Positions 41,439 to 57,177 are shown, numbered from the stretch's first letter. The stretch: DNA of 64,000 nucleotides from Octopus vulgaris (GCA_951406725.2 OX597819.1:8432001-8496000); one strand, 5' to 3'. The notes: generated by a model from the letters alone, not told the origin. Numbers and translations: made by a program.

Positions 41439-42683
41439 GGTTAAAATAATTATATAAATACCAGTGCATATTACAAAATGTTTTGGCACATGGTCAGCAA
41501 TTTTAGAGGAGGACGTAAGTCGATTACATCGACGCCAATGCACATTTGGTACTTGTTTTATCGACCCTTAAAGGATCTAAGACAAAGTCGACTTCGCTAA
41601 AATTTCAGCTCATTTTGTCCGACGCACTAATGGATCTGTCATTTCACTATCTTTAGCACGTAACACATAATAACCAGTAATAAGCTGTGAACTGGCAGAG
41701 CCCTCAGACCATAAAACAAAATGCAGTGTATTACATATTCCGGTTCTTTGAGTTCAGAGTTCAGAGTTCCAAACCTTCAGAAGTCAGCTTTTACCTTTCA
41801 CCCTTTTGGGGTTTGATAAATACAGTACCAGTTTAGGGTGATGGGTTCGCAGTAATATTAGAGTTCTGGATATGTTAATCCCTTTCAAGCTATTAGCAAG
41901 CATAGAAGCGATTAGAAATCCACCACATAAAAACCCAGAGTTAACCAGGGATGGCATTACGGATTGCCATAATATTCAACATGCTGAGAGCAAGGGATAC
42001 TGCGTTAGGACGTCGATACTGGTTTATCTATCTATGTATCTATCTATCTATTTATTTATCTATCTATCTAATCTATATGCTTATCTATATGTCTGTTCGC
42101 GTGCGCACACACACGCATGCACAAAGAAAGTGTTATTGCTTAGATCCAGAAAGCTCTGATCCGATGAAGAAGTTCTATCGGTGATCATATTTTCTTTTTA
42201 CCCAATCTTATAAGATCTAGGATAACACAATACGGTAAGTAGTTTTCTAGTTTAAGATGGCGTGATATGATATAAGGGACATTTGGATGGTATTTCTCCG
42301 TCAAATCATCTTCTTTGGCTTATGATGTGTGTCTCTGAGAATGTTGTGAAGTTAGACAAGTCAGTCAGATACATTGTTTTAGAAACTCCAAAAATATTAA
42401 CAATATTGTTCTGCAGACTTTAGAAGCTGCTTCAACTTCTCATAGAATTGTGTCAACACTTCACAGTTCATTGCAGTCCCTCGTTCCTTAAACGACCCAA
42501 ATTAGCCGCAAATTCCATTTGATAGTCAGTGAACTATTGTAAATGTAAAGGTGTTTCTAATGGCAATAATACCTTGAAAAGATGCGCTATTTCTGGACAG
42601 CTTTGACTCTACAATTCCAATTGTCAGTTCAAATAATTAAGTAAACTCATATTTACTTTCTGATAAATCAACCATGGAATAAA

Positions 42684-43100
42684 TACTCTTTTACTCTTTT
42701 ACTTGTTTCAGTCATTTGACTGCGGCCATGCTGGAGCACCGCCTTAAGTCGAGCAATTCGACCCCGGGACTTATTCTTTGTAAGCCCAGTACTTATTCTA
42801 TCGGTCTCTTTTTTGCCGAACCGCTAAATGACGAGGACGTAAACACACCAGCATCGGTTGTCAAGCAATGCTAGGGAGACAAACACAGACACACAAACAC
42901 ATACACACACACACATATATATATATATACATATATACGACAGGCTTCATTCAGTTTCCGTCTACCAAATCCACTCAAGAGGCATTGGTCGGCCCGAGGC
43001 TATAGTAGAAGACACTTGCCCAAGATGTCACGCAGTGGGACTGAACCCGGAACCATGTGGTTGGTTAGCAAGCTACTTACCACACAGCCACTCCTGCGCC
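42684..43100 (-). mobile_element. SINE family B
   Basis: Full-length family match. Confidence 0.93.
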
Positions 43101-43631
43101 TTGTGGCAATTCATAACTGACAATTTCGTCTCTGTCAAAAACGATTCGATCCAAAACGTATGAAATATCCCTCAAGCATTTTCTTTAAAAGCATGGTGGA
43201 TAACATAGTCCAATATACATAATAGCTGAATAAAAGTCAAGATAGTAAATAGTATGCTGGATAAGGACTGAGTTAGGAGCCAGGCAATAATTATCATAAC
43301 ATATACCTGGTTTCGTCCAATAGTAATTTTGTGTCAAAATATGGTTGAAAATTTAGTACCAAATTATATTTAGAGTAGACGGAATTGAATTTCTTCCATG
43401 CTGTCAGACTGAAATTTTAAAAATTTATTTAAAAGATTTGAAAAGATACTCCAGAATAATCTCATAGATGGCCTAATTCTGTATTTTTTTTTTATCGGTG
43501 TTACTTTAGTCAAGACTTTAACGCATCAGTTAAGGTTTAGGCAAATAGAGTTGATCAGTTTTGGAGCCTACGAGAACTTGGCCCGCACAGCAGTAACTCT
43601 AAATTCATTTTCTCTTCCTATAATTATAATT

Positions 43632-43950
43632 GTGGAGGCGCAATGGTCTAGTGGTTAGGGCAGCGGACTCGCGATCATAGGATCGCGGTTTCGATTCCCA
43701 GACCGGGTGTTGTGAGTGTTTATTGAGCGAAAACACCTAAAAAAAAAAAGCTCCACGAGGCTCTGGCAGGGGGGGGGGTGATCCCTGCTGTACTCTTTCA
43801 CCACTCTTTCTCCCACTCTTTCTTCTGTTGGCCTGCTCGCTTAGCCAGTGGGGTGTCGTCATTCGAAGGCTAAAACAATGCGAACGCATTGTGACCAGCG
43901 ATGTGTAACTACATCTGATGGACTGGTCGGTCACGTGATCACGTGACGTG
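43632..43950 (+). mobile_element. SINE with family-A head and an alternative 3' module ending (TCACGTGA)n, 12-bp TSD
   Basis: Matches family A to ~43805, then diverges; TSD ATAATTATAATT at 43620-43631 and 43951-43962. Confidence 0.9.
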
Positions 43951-44523
43951 ATAATTATAATTAGTCATAATAACGTATTATCATTGACATAGTAAGTTGT
44001 AAAAATAAGATGATTAGTCATAGGAGCGATGTTTACTAAGTATAATTCATTAAGTCAGGCGAGAAACGCCACACTCTGGGTAGGCTGGGCAAGCAATGCC
44101 CTCCAATAATAAAACTAAATATCAATGATTAAAAATAAGAGTAACTTGTTCTAAATTTATTATAAAAATGGTAATCTTATACATGAAATTTACTGTGTAA
44201 TTCAATAAATACGAATGCATAATTCAGTTTTAACATTTTGATGTTAGACAGAAACTTTCAAACTAAATTTAGATAATAATATGTGATGATACGTTAACCA
44301 CCACCTGCATTATGTACCGCACCAGAATGAATAAAGATCGGAGCCTAAACAACCCAATTGATTCCTGTCTTTTGTTCAATTCCATAGCAGACATTACAGG
44401 GTTAGGATTACATGGGAAGGAGAAATTGACATTATTTGATCCCTATGATTCAGCTAACGTTTAGAGAGAGATTTTTAATGTAAGTGTATAAAATAGCAGT
44501 AAGGAATATGTATGAGTGTGTGT

Positions 44524-44640
<117 letters not shown>

Positions 44641-44766
44641 CGTGAGTGTACCTGCATGTACGCAAGTATGAATGTATGCTTCGCTATTGAACGCTACAGA
44701 AGCGTGAGGTTGAGTTGACTTTTTCACAGTGAATATTTTGTTCATGTATGTCTTCTTGGGTCCCAA

Positions 44767-44805
<39 letters not shown>

Positions 44806-44814
44806 TTCTTTCTA

Positions 44815-44847
<33 letters not shown>

Positions 44848-45402
44848 TTGTCTCTGTCTCTTTCTCTCTGCATCTATACATACATACATACATACATACA
44901 TACATACATACATACATACATACATACCTGTGTGTGAATCATCCTTCCTCCCAACACTATCAATTATAAACACCAACACAACACCCGTCGTCGCCAAAAA
45001 CAATACAATCACTGTCATAACCAATCAAGCTTCTCCTGAAGGAGAAACCATTACAACAACAACAGTACGAGCAAGACAAGAACAACATCTAAAATAAAAG
45101 ACAATCATGTAAAATAATCTGGTTCCCCGGTGTCCTAACACGATCCAAATATCTTTGATCTCAGGTCAATGAGGTTTGACTTGAGACTAAACAACAATGC
45201 ATGAGCATCATTACCATTACCACCAGCAGCAGTACCGCCACCGCCACCTCCACCCCACCGACGGTAAAAGCGATTTAACCAACTCCTCCATGACTATCAA
45301 ATCCCCAACTTTTGAATCACCAACTGATAACGTTATCAGCTTGATAGAAATATCTAGCAACAAATGTTGATGTCACCACGATGTGTGCATGTGTGTGTGT
45401 GA

Positions 45403-45461
<59 letters not shown>

Positions 45462-45947
45462 GTTTTTATAACTCAAGTTACAAAAACAAGGCACCAATTG
45501 ACTACGAACTTATTAAAAGATCTAAGACTCATGTGCCTCTTAGATCTTTTTATTTCTTGCGAAGTAAAATTAAGTTTGAATACCAACATTTAAAGTTTCC
45601 AAAAACCGTTTGAGGCTTCTTCTGTGAAGAAATACCGCTGGTGATATGAAATTAAAGCCCCTCTTCATGTCTCACTCAAAAAATACAAGGGCTTTCAAGG
45701 GTTGCACAAAGCTTGATTTACTTCTGATTGTAGTTCAAAGAAGAAAGCCTTTCCGAAGATTGGTTTACAAACACTTTTTCACTTGCTGTAGAAAGATACA
45801 ATAATATATTTTCAAAAGAACACTGCTTCTTTTAGACAATGCAGCAAGCCACTCTGTGAACTTTAATGAGCTTTCTGATAATGTAGGAGTAGAATGTATC
45901 CCCAAGAACACAATATCAGTTTCTCTTCTAATGGTTTTATTAACACA

Positions 45948-46357
45948 TACTCTTTACTTGTTTCAGTCATTTGACTGCGGCCATGCTGGAGCACCGCCTT
46001 TAGTCGAGCAAATCGACCCCGGGACTTATTCTTTGTAAGCCCAGTACTTATTCTATCGGTCTCTTTTGCCGAACCGCTAAGTGACGGGGACGTAAACACA
46101 CCAGCATCGGTTGTCAAGCAATGCTAGAGGGACAAACAGAGACACACAAACATATACACACACATATATATATATAAATATATACATATATATGACAGGC
46201 TTCTTTCAGTTTCCGTCTACCAAATCCACTCACAAGGCATTGGTCGGCCCGGGGCTATAGCAGAAGACACTTGCCCAAGATGCCACGCAGTGGACTGAAC
46301 CCGGAACCATGTGGTTGGTTAGCAAGCTACTTACCACACAGCCACTCCTGCGCCTAT
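45948..46357 (-). mobile_element. SINE family B
   Basis: Full-length family match. Confidence 0.93.
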
Positions 46358-47496
46358 ATTTCACTGTGTGTTTAGAAACTGCTATCTTCATGCATAAAAA
46401 TGTTTTTTTTTTTTTTCTTTTAAATTTTGTTTTTTAATTTTAAAAACATCTTTCGGGATGCATTATCACTTTATAACTTGAACACGGAATGGGTTAATTA
46501 ATTTCGTTCTTACGAGATTTTGCGTTACGGTAAGTCTTCAGAAAGGCATTGCTTCTGTAGTGTCTTGATTTTACTTGTATATCGGAGTGCAACTTCTATA
46601 TCTATCTCTATAGTGTAGAGTATCTTATAACTCGCTAGTAACAACTCGTTGTTCTATGAATTTTGCATCTCGTTATTAACCACTCCTTCGTTATCCTTTG
46701 TTATCCACATCAAATTGATACAATGTTCAGTTAATAAAGACGCATATGTATATTGCAATGATATCTGGACAACATTGTTTCATTCAACACCACTACAAAC
46801 AAAGCTCACTCAAAGTGACAAAGTACTCACAACGCTAGAGTCCCTCTATACATGAACAATACAATAAAACTATTGTACACCTCATAAATTACTGACTTTA
46901 CTCCTATATATGAATTTCCTTTGCTACCACGTGTATTACACAATTAAAGTTTGCATCACAAAGCTCAGTTTCCTTTAGGGGTCACAAATACTTTAATACC
47001 AAATAGAACCTCTAACTTTATACAAGGCACAAGTTTCACGTTCTGGTCTGCATCCAAACAAAAGGCCATCTGCTAGATAACACACTTATTTATCGTCGAG
47101 CCGTGTTCTCTTTCTAGCTTCATTCAATCACAATTATATTAAATTTCTTCAATAAAAGCCTTAATTGTATGCCAACTTGACATAAAAGCAAATTGTTTTA
47201 GAGCCAACAAGAGAGCTCCACGCGGTAACTCAACTTGCTAAAAATAGCAGTCACATTTTCCTTGAACTTGGCTTCATAAAAAGTGAAAGAACACACTGAA
47301 TATTATGGTCCAAAATACAAATATATCCTTATGAAAGAAGGCTAGAACGCTTTCGAGCATAGGTCTCTTTGTTTGGGGCTGACCAAGAGGTAAACAACAG
47401 CAGCACGTCCACCACCACCAACAACAAAAACAACAATTATAAAAATAGCAATATCAACAACTAAAGCAGCCGATGTTCTTCCAGTAACCCTACTTC

Positions 47497-47722
47497 TATT
47501 TCTTTACTACCCACAAGGGGATAAACACAGAGAGGACAAACAAACGGATTAAGTCGATTATATCTACCCCAGTGCGTAACTGGTACTTATTTAATCGACC
47601 CCGAAAGGATGAAAGGTAAAGTCGACCTCGGCGGAATTTGAACTCACAACGTAGCGGCAGACGAAATACGGCTACGCATTTCGCCCTGCGTGCTAACGTC
47701 TCTGCCAGCTCGCTGCCTTCAT
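47497..47722 (-). mobile_element. SINE family C with 12-bp TSD
   Basis: TSD TAACCCTACTTC at 47485-47496 and 47723-47734. Confidence 0.9.
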
Positions 47723-47975
47723 TAACCCTACTTCATTGATCTGCTTACCAATATTTGAAACCGAATTGGAGGTAAATGAATTAGCAGACTCGTTAGAGCG
47801 TTGGGAAAATTGCATTGTCCTATTTGTCCAGCCTCCTTACTTTCAAATCGTACCGAGGTCAACTTTACATTTCTTCTCTTCAAGGTGAACGAAATAACGT
47901 TCCAGTCAGTTACTGGAATTGAGTGTATCGACTTAGTCCTTAAAATTGTTGGCCTTAGACCTAAATTATAAGAAA

Positions 47976-48375
47976 CTAGCAGTATCGCCCGGCGTTGCTC
48001 GGGTTTGTAAGGGAAATAACTATATAAGCATTTTTAGAGAGTTATAGCCAAAAAATAGCAAAACAAATGCATTAAAAATGGAAAAAAAATTATCGTAAAA
48101 TTTTTTTTAAATCGTTGACTCATCGTAGACATTTTTAGAGAGTTACTTCTCTTATATATGCCAAAAGTGCATTAAAAATGGGAAAAATTGATGGTAATTT
48201 TTTTTTTAAATCGTAGACTCATCGTAGACGCGCGTTAATACCCAGAAGGGCTCGATATGAATCACGACTATAAGATACCCGGTTTTGGTTAAACTGCACT
48301 GCAAAATGTGGGAGTAGTTAGGAATCTAAATCGTAGGAGACAGACAGCACACAACCTCACTTTTATATATAAAGA
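47976..48375 (-). mobile_element. Non-autonomous Helitron (same family as 32788-33185)
   Basis: Minus strand A|TC ... CCCGAGCAACGCCGGG ... CTAG|T. Confidence 0.88.
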
Positions 48376-48579
48376 TTATTTTAAAGTCAAACGCAGTACT
48401 TTGCAGATGACACTACGCAGCTCTTCTCTTGCTTCTTCAGCAATCATACATAAAGGCACGCACTTTAACGCCCAGCCATAATCTATTAACCCAGACTTTT
48501 CTTTCTAGAAAAAATTGAAATGAAAGCAGATTCGATACTGACAGGCATGGACTATAAAACTTGACAAATCAAAATGAAA

Positions 48580-50560
48580 TACTTTCACTCTGGAGATACC
48601 ACTTTTAACAAATACGGTTCAAAGTTTTCGGACAATACATCTGAACTCCTTACACGGCCAAATCGGAAATCAACTGATACAGTGTCTTGCACAAGGAAGT
48701 GTACTGAGCTGGATGTTCGTGGGGAAAACAAGCCTAATAAATACAGGTTCAACAAAGAGAAAAGCAGTTTGAATTTATTGACCTACTGCACGCTTTCACC
48801 CATCCCACTTCAGTTCATTTTCACCATCAAATTCATTTTCTAGTGCATTATGCCAGTACTGCTAAGTATTCTGACTACTTTATAATCCAAGATTACGTAA
48901 GCGTTTCTGAAGACGACCCCCTCTATGCACAGACTGGCCTGTTTCGCTTGCAATTTTTCATCGTCATTTTGTCAATGATCAGATGGTCCTTGCCAGTTTG
49001 TGGGCTTCTTTTTTCGCTTGTTCCAGTTACTATACTGCAACCATGCCTTGAAGAATTTTTAGTCGAATGTAACGACCGTAGTCGTTATTTTTCTAAAACC
49101 TGGTACCTTAATCAATCGGTCTCTTTTGCCGAAACTCTACACAGACACAAGGACACACACATAAATAGATACACACACACACACACACACACACAGATAT
49201 ATATATATATATATATATATTTAACGCCCAGCCATAATCTATATACCCAGACTTTATCTTTCTATACATATATACACACATATAAAATTGAAATGAAAGC
49301 AGATTCGATACGGACCATATGGTTCGAAAGGAAGCTTCTTGACAGGCATGGACTATGAAACTTGACAAATCGTAGTAATTTGCTCTCCCTTAAATGATTG
49401 TGCCGTTTTTTCTGCCAATAACTCATTGTCGTCCAAGAATTGCTCAACACTATCCTTAGCCATTAAGATGGATTCTTGTTACATCGCACTACTTAATTCA
49501 GTTTTAATATTTTGACTCATTCTATCTTTTCGTTATATGTATTTCGGCATCCCTAAAATCCTGTCCGAATTTTTATAGCATTTCTCGCATTTGGTGTTAA
49601 TGTTTGTATTGTATCTCTTCGAATGTTAGGGAAAAACTGCATCCGTTTTAATCCATAACATCTGTTACGTTCAAACTTAGTTGCTCTTTTTATCCTGGAC
49701 GATTTTGCACATATATCTTGCTTGACTTGTTCTATCAATAAAGTAAACCCTTTCTCATATACTTTCAACTTCTATTCAAAGTGAAACCAATGTTCTTTTT
49801 GTAAGTTACCTTTGTTCCAGCATTCAATCATGCTGAGGTCTCTTCTAAGTTTCTTTGTGTCATATTCAAGATGTCGCTCTCTTTTTTTCTCTGCATCTTT
49901 TACACCGAACCTACCACAGCAAGCCTATTAAATTATGGACATCAGTTATGTTTGTAGTTGTAACATTCGGCATCAACTATTTTTGTTCCAGTCAGGAGTT
50001 TTCCTTGGTTAATCCATCTCAAATTCAATAGCTTTATGCTTTCTGATTTACTGAGAATTTCTTTTCATCGTATCAAAAATTTTGGCTTTTTATCTTCTTA
50101 ATCTTTAGACATTACAAAATTTTCCATAGCCATATTATTTGCCTGTGTTCCCTTCAAATACTTAATATTTTCAGTCCCATCATCATTGCTTACATCGTTT
50201 GTATTTTTCACTTCTACGTCAACCTAATTTCTTTCCATACAGTTAATTTAGCTCTTCCAAGTGTTAGATGTTTTCATTTGTTGTTTCTTCAACACCCATC
50301 GTCTCTTCATTGATTAGTTTCTGTATACTTTCTATATCAACGAATGTTAGCCAACCTCTTGTTTCTTTGAACCATGCATGCTTGATTAATTAACCTATTT
50401 TCTATCGACTCAAACATACATGTGTTATTTCACTATATGAGCATTCTTTCACCAACATCTTCCGTTTTAGTTCCCAAATAAGACTCAATGAAAACTGCCT
50501 AATCCTTCTTTTCATTTCCACTTAAAATAAGTCTTCCGAGTAATTGTTGGATGATGACCA
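48580..50560 (-). mobile_element. Highly decayed 5'/RT portion of an R4/Dong-like LINE
   Basis: ENRLINQA..RGWLT, LRRDLSMIECWNKGNL, KGFTLLIEQVKQDICAKSSRIKR, KDHLIIDKMTMKNCKR (~KDQLLIDK). Confidence 0.65.
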
Positions 50561-50857
50561 AGTGACTGCTTACTCTTGCATAGTACACCTGTTGGACGTA
50601 ACACTTTCACCTGAGATTCCATTTCTGTTTATGTCGTTAACATCGTATGGTTTATTGTTAAACTTCATTTAATTATTGAAATTGGAGGTAGAGGTTGTAT
50701 TTTTATCTTCATTTTTATAGAGGTTGCGAATTATGACTGAAGAAGCCCACCATTCCATGTGACAGACTTAAAACCCCGCGAACACCAACTCAGTACTTTA
50801 TGATCCTGAAGAATGTCTTTCATTGAAACCATTACCAATGTATTTTAGTGTTAGTTA

Positions 50858-51065
50858 AGGCGGCGAGCTGGCAGAATCGGAAGCACACCGGATAAAGTGC
50901 TTAGTGGCATCTCGTCCGTCTTTATGTCTGATTTCAAGGTCGACTTTGCCGTTCATCTTTTCGGGTTCGAAAACAAAAAGTACCACTTAAATACTGGGTC
51001 GATTTAATCGACTTACATCTGCCCCTGAAATTGTTGACCTTGTGCCAAACGTTGAAACCAATAGT
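50858..51065 (+). mobile_element. SINE family C (diverged)
   Basis: AAGGCGGCGAGCTGGCAGAA head; GTCGACTTTGCCGTTCATCTTTTCGGG core. Confidence 0.8.
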
Positions 51066-51627
51066 TGGCAACCCGCTAGCAAGGTTAGCAACTAAGATTA
51101 AATAAATTATCCTCCTCATAAGACAATGACCATCCCGCCGGAGATTAAGCTAGACATAGCTCTGCGATATTTTATTACTCTTTTCTCATCATTGCTACTC
51201 GCATTAATAATGCTGACTGCGATTATCCATGAAGCCAGGAGAGATGCTAGGCATTAAGCATACAAAAATAAGTATGTATATGGATTTACACGTAACATAT
51301 ATACACACACAAATATAAACTTATGTATACAGGCACATCTATCCCTAGACTTACACATGAACACACACACACATATACATTACTCGCGCATATACGCAGA
51401 AACACACTCATACATACACATATATGCATCCAATTCACATGCATTCAGAAAGCTATCAATACACATATGTACGCGCACAAGTAAGCACACTTGCATACAA
51501 AGAAACACATATGTACACGTATAGCGAACGTTATCTAGGGTAGTCCTCGCTCGAGATGGTGCTAGCTGCAAATAAAGCACATCGTAGGAAGGTAATGGGT
51601 AACTGCAAGGTGGATGGCACTATTATT

Positions 51628-51680
<53 letters not shown>

Positions 51681-51690
51681 CATTATTATT

Positions 51691-51952
51691 ATTCAGTAGT
51701 TTTATTTTTTATAGCGTGCTTTCACTTCACTACCGAGCGCAGCTCTGTGTGCCTTGGGTATGTGCTGATATTTGTTGTGATGCTCTGATGGTTATTGTAT
51801 GGAAAGTGTTCTGCGTAGGATGTGTGCAGTGCCTAGTAGTGCAATTTTCTGTATGTTATATGTGTTTGTAAGTCCTGGTGTTTTTGTTATGTATTTGTCT
51901 GAATATTTTTTAATCATGCCTAATGCACCTACTATGATAGGAATTGTTTCTG

Positions 51953-51958
<6 letters not shown>
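51691..51958 (-). mobile_element. Extreme 3' end of a Dong/R4-like LINE between (TAA)n arrays
   Basis: KTETIPIIVGALGMIKKYSDKYITKTPGLTNTYNIQKIALLGTAHILRRTLSIQ* plus a short 3' UTR; (TTA)n on both sides. Confidence 0.88.
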
Positions 51959-52002
<44 letters not shown>

Positions 52003-52028
52003 CATTATTATTATTATTGTTGTTGTTA

Positions 52029-52110
<82 letters not shown>

Positions 52111-52137
52111 CATTTTCATTATTATTATTATTATTAA

Positions 52138-52240
<103 letters not shown>

Positions 52241-52259
52241 GTTATTAGTATTATTATTC

Positions 52260-52309
<50 letters not shown>

Positions 52310-52399
52310 GAGTGTAAGTGTCTTTCTTCATACATCTAAGACCTGCTCATTTCATTATCCACAACGCCTTGAGGTATTTTCCCACGGTCATTATATATG

Positions 52400-52465
<66 letters not shown>

Positions 52466-54029
52466 GTGTGCTTGTGTTTGTAAACGATAGAGATGTTATC
52501 TAGGGTAGAGTTATTGTGATGGTGTAAATAATAAATAATCGACTGTCTTATGAGAACATGGAGAGTTTTCGATAGTAGCAATGATGTTTGTGACAACGGT
52601 GATGATGGTGGAACTAGGAGTATTAGTGGCAGAGGTAGTGTCGGTTGCTGTAATCTTAGCAATAGTCACTGATGAAGGCATTGGTCATGATAGTTGCTGT
52701 TGTTGTTGTTGTTGCTGATGGTGGTGCAGATGCCTGTGTTTATGGTAGTTGAGATAGCTCTTTGTTCGGTTGAAACTAATATAAATATCAATGGTTTTAG
52801 ATCGGAGACGTATCACCTGTGGTATGGTGTATTGCTAGTAGTACCAGAAACACAGTTAAGATAAGCTCATTTGAATAAACACCAAAGACTGTATTGGCAA
52901 AGGATAAGAAGAGATCAAAGAATATGTGGCAATGATCTGTGAAAAGTTAAATGGCTGAGCTTACAAGCTGGCGGCTATTTTTTATGAGGCAATAGTTTTC
53001 TTTGTTAGAATTCTGTCCCATATTTTCAATCAGGCGGAAGAGGCGTGAGGATAACATCTAAAGATTTAAAGTAAATTCTGGTTTTCGAGGAGAAAGAAAA
53101 AAAAAGTAAAGAGAAAAGAAAGCAAAGAAAAGGAAGAATGAAAACAAAGGATCAGTTTTATTTTTGTCTTTAGCTTAGTATTGTTATCATTATTCCTTTC
53201 TTTCTCTTTTTCGGTGACTGGTGAGTTGTTTGTGATTATGATAGGATGAGGGAGAGAGAGGGAGAGAGAGCGGCGGGGAAAGAATAAGAGAGAGAGAGAG
53301 GGAGAGAGAGAGAGTAAGGCAGTTTAATAATAAAGGAACGTGGCCTAGTCAGGTTTGAAACGGTTTTCTGAATTGTGAATACGAATAAATGTTTCTTAGA
53401 TCCTTGACTGAGGGCAAAAGAATGAGTGCAAATGAATGTGGTGAGGGGAGGAAACAAAAATAAAAGCAAAGTACGAAATGAAACAAAAACATTTCTATGC
53501 ATTGACGCGGTAGCGAGGTAAAAGGGGAGAAGATGTGGAGAGAGGGAGAGGAAGAAGAAAAAGAAGAAGAAGAAGAAGAAGAAGAAGAAGAAGAAGAGGA
53601 GAGGAAGGAGAGGAAGAAGAAGGAGGAGGAGGAGGATGAAAAGAAGGAGGAAGAGGAGGAGGAGGAGGAGGAGACAGAGAGGAAAGTAAAGAGAGGAAAC
53701 TTCAAGGTGACGGAACCTAGATCCGAGTTTTTCAGATATCTTGGAAGCGGATAACTTTTAAGAAAAGGTTGACAAAACTTCTAACGAAGTGGTGAGGAGC
53801 ATATTACGTAATATGCTTAACATAAAGCATCGGTCACATGAAAGTCTACATATATGAATATATAAATGAAAACATTTAATTGCAAATAAATGCTGTATAT
53901 ACATACATTGTATCTCTATATTAATTGTGATATGTCCTCAATGTGGGCATAATTATATACCCATTTTCTATCTTCGCACACAGCCACAAGCACAAACATA
54001 TGTGAATGTATGCACACATACACACACAC

Positions 54030-54326
<297 letters not shown>

Positions 54327-55006
54327 CAGATAGACAGACAGACAGAGATGCATACGCACATGCACATTCATATATACCCATGTAATCTTTTCTAACATAT
54401 GCACAAGCTCACAAATTTAATAGGAACTACTTGAGTACCAGATTGCTACATTATTTTATTGACCACGAAAAGATGAAAGGCAATGTTGATCTCGACAAAA
54501 TTTGAATCCAGAAAATATGACGCTGGATCAATACTGGAAGACATTTTGCCTTGTTGCTCTACTGATTCTACTCATCCACGCCATTTTGAACAGTATATAC
54601 GAACATGCATGCATGCATACGTATATACATTCATACATGCATACAAACATATATACATACATTAAAAAAAAACAGACGGAAATAGACAAATATGTATGTA
54701 TGGACGTGGCTGTGTGGAAAGAAGCTCGCTTCCGAACCACATGGTTCCGGTTTCTGTCCGCTGAGCAGCACTTTGAGCAAGTATTTTCTACTATAGCCTC
54801 GAGTCAATCAAAGAATGCGAATAGATTTGATAGAAGGAAACCGAAAGAAGCCCGTAGTATTTGTTTGCAGATCTGCAAAAGTCGTCGATAGAATAAGCAT
54901 CAGGTTTTAAAACATAAGCACTGGGTCGATTTGTTCGACTAAACCCTTCATGGCGGTGTCTCAGCAATCCAATGGCTGAGTCAGATAAAATGATTATATC
55001 TATATA

Positions 55007-55038
<32 letters not shown>

Positions 55039-55296
55039 CACCAGGTGGTGCTATTAAGTTACACATGGCCTGGGCCAATAATGGCCGAAACCTATCAAAG
55101 TATCAAAGTATATATCCTTTATCTTTTACTTGCTCCAGTATTTAGACAGCGGCCATGCTGAGGAATCATCTTGAACGATTTTAGTAAAAAAAAATCGAAC
55201 CAAGTATTTATTCATTTAAATGCCTTTTGGCCATGTATGCCTGCTGAAGTTATATGCATGTCTGCATGTGTAAGCACATTAATGCACATAGATGCA

Positions 55297-55375
<79 letters not shown>

Positions 55376-55720
55376 TTTTCTTTCTTTCTTCCTATCTATC
55401 TATCTTCTTTTTTACTTCTATCAAAGCCTAAAGATAGTTATTCCTATTTCAATTCGTCACTCCCAAACATCTTTTTTCTTCCTTCTCACCTGCCTCACCT
55501 AAGCTTGTCTACCAACCGTCCTTTGTCTCTATCTCACTATGGTCTTTGTGATAAACACTTTGAAGCTCTCCTTCACAACTCTTGTATGTATCACTGACTC
55601 TTAACACTCACTTAACAGGCCTTACTCACTATGACATCATCGCCCCTCTCACTGTCTAACATCTCGTGAATGCGCTAGAAACTAACTATGCATTAGAACT
55701 CACTTAGTCCCCACACACAC

Positions 55721-55765
<45 letters not shown>

Positions 55766-55768
<3 letters not shown>

Positions 55769-56763
55769 GGGTTGTACAAAGTAATGGCAAAACCTAGCAT
55801 CATATCATCATAACTTTGAAATATCTATAAAACTGTCAAAAACTTGTTTATGTTTTTCTTTTTTGATTTATTATCAATGTTGCTTAATATGTTTTGCTAA
55901 AATTGCTGTTTCGTTTCATATATCATCAGAAAAAGGTAATTAAAATTCATTAAAATGACAGATCTATCGGACTTCTAAATTGTTGGTGCTCATATGGCAG
56001 GCGTGACGAAAAGCCGAAATGTTTGGTTTATCAAGAAGTACTGTCTCGAAAGTAATGACAGCCTTTGAGAGAGAGGGAAAAAATCTTCTCGTCGAAAGAA
56101 GACACCGGAAGAAAACCAAAACATTCAGATAGGTACCGTCGGGCTCTTACGCGAATTGTTAGAAAGGATCACAAAAGTACAGCTCCCAAAATTGCTGCAG
56201 AGCTTAATGATCACCTCAAGAACCCAGTTTCCACAAAAACTGTTTGCCGGGAGCTGCACAAAGCCGGATTTCACAGGAGGACTGCAATCAGAAAACCCCT
56301 ACTTTCAAAATCAAACGTTGCTAAACGTTTAGAGTGGAGTAAAAACCTACAGATTTGGTCCCTAGAGCAGTGGAAGAATGTTATTTTCTCAGATGAGTCA
56401 TCCTTTACCTTATTTTCGACCACCGACCTAGTATACATGTGGAGACAGTAAAAAAACGTATTTAACCCAGACTGCCTTCTTCCAACTGTTAAACATGGAG
56501 AAGGATCTCTGATGATCTGGGTGGGAGCTATATCTTGTAAATCCGCTAGCCCAATGGTTTCCTTTCATGATAGAATTAATAGTCAAGACTATTTAAGCAT
56601 TTTATCTGATCAAATTCTTCCTATGGTTACGGAACTGTTTCCGAGGGGAAACGCAATGTTTCAGGATGATAATGCACCAATTCACACAGCTAAAGTTGTT
56701 ACTGAATGGCACGAGGAACATTCTAATGAAGTCGAACATATTATCTGGCCACCACAGTCCCCT
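55766..56763 (+). mobile_element. 3'-truncated Tc1-family DNA transposon (transposase pseudogene)
   Basis: TA|CAGGGGTTGTACAAAGTAATGG left TIR; ATG at 55955 (MTDLSDF), GRKPK, RKPLLS, VIFSDES, FQDDNAPIH, WPPQSP; ends before DLNPIE, with internal stops and frameshifts. Confidence 0.92.
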
Positions 56764-57081
56764 GTTGTTGGAGTGTCAGTTACATGTCTAGGTAGGTGCC
56801 TATAAAGAAGTGTTTTATAACATGATGTTGCAGGGAAGATTTTTTTCCCCCAAATCCATTGTGCTGTCGAAAACACGCGGAATGTGATCGACATCACGGC
56901 CTCTTATCTTCAAGTGACTGAATGTCCGCATTGATATCAGCAATGGGAAAACACATCGAGGCAATAAAATATCTTGTACAAACATACAGATTTACAACAC
57001 GGGACACCGATTGCAATTTCAGATTTAAGCACGGCTGAAGAATAATAAATAGATACATATAAAGTAGAAGTATGAAGCAAT

Positions 57082-57129
<48 letters not shown>

Positions 57130-57177
57130 ATAGATTAATAAAATCACACACATGCATCCATATATGCGTAAATCTAT

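Noticed and set aside
48465-49370. ~105-150 bp direct repeats (48465-48570, 49221-49370) as possible LTRs
   Set aside because: No TG..CA ends, PBS or PPT; includes decayed SINE sequence and looks like a local duplication.
53533-53754. Acidic E/K-rich ORF
   Set aside because: (GAA)/(GAG)n purine tract with no splice or domain evidence.
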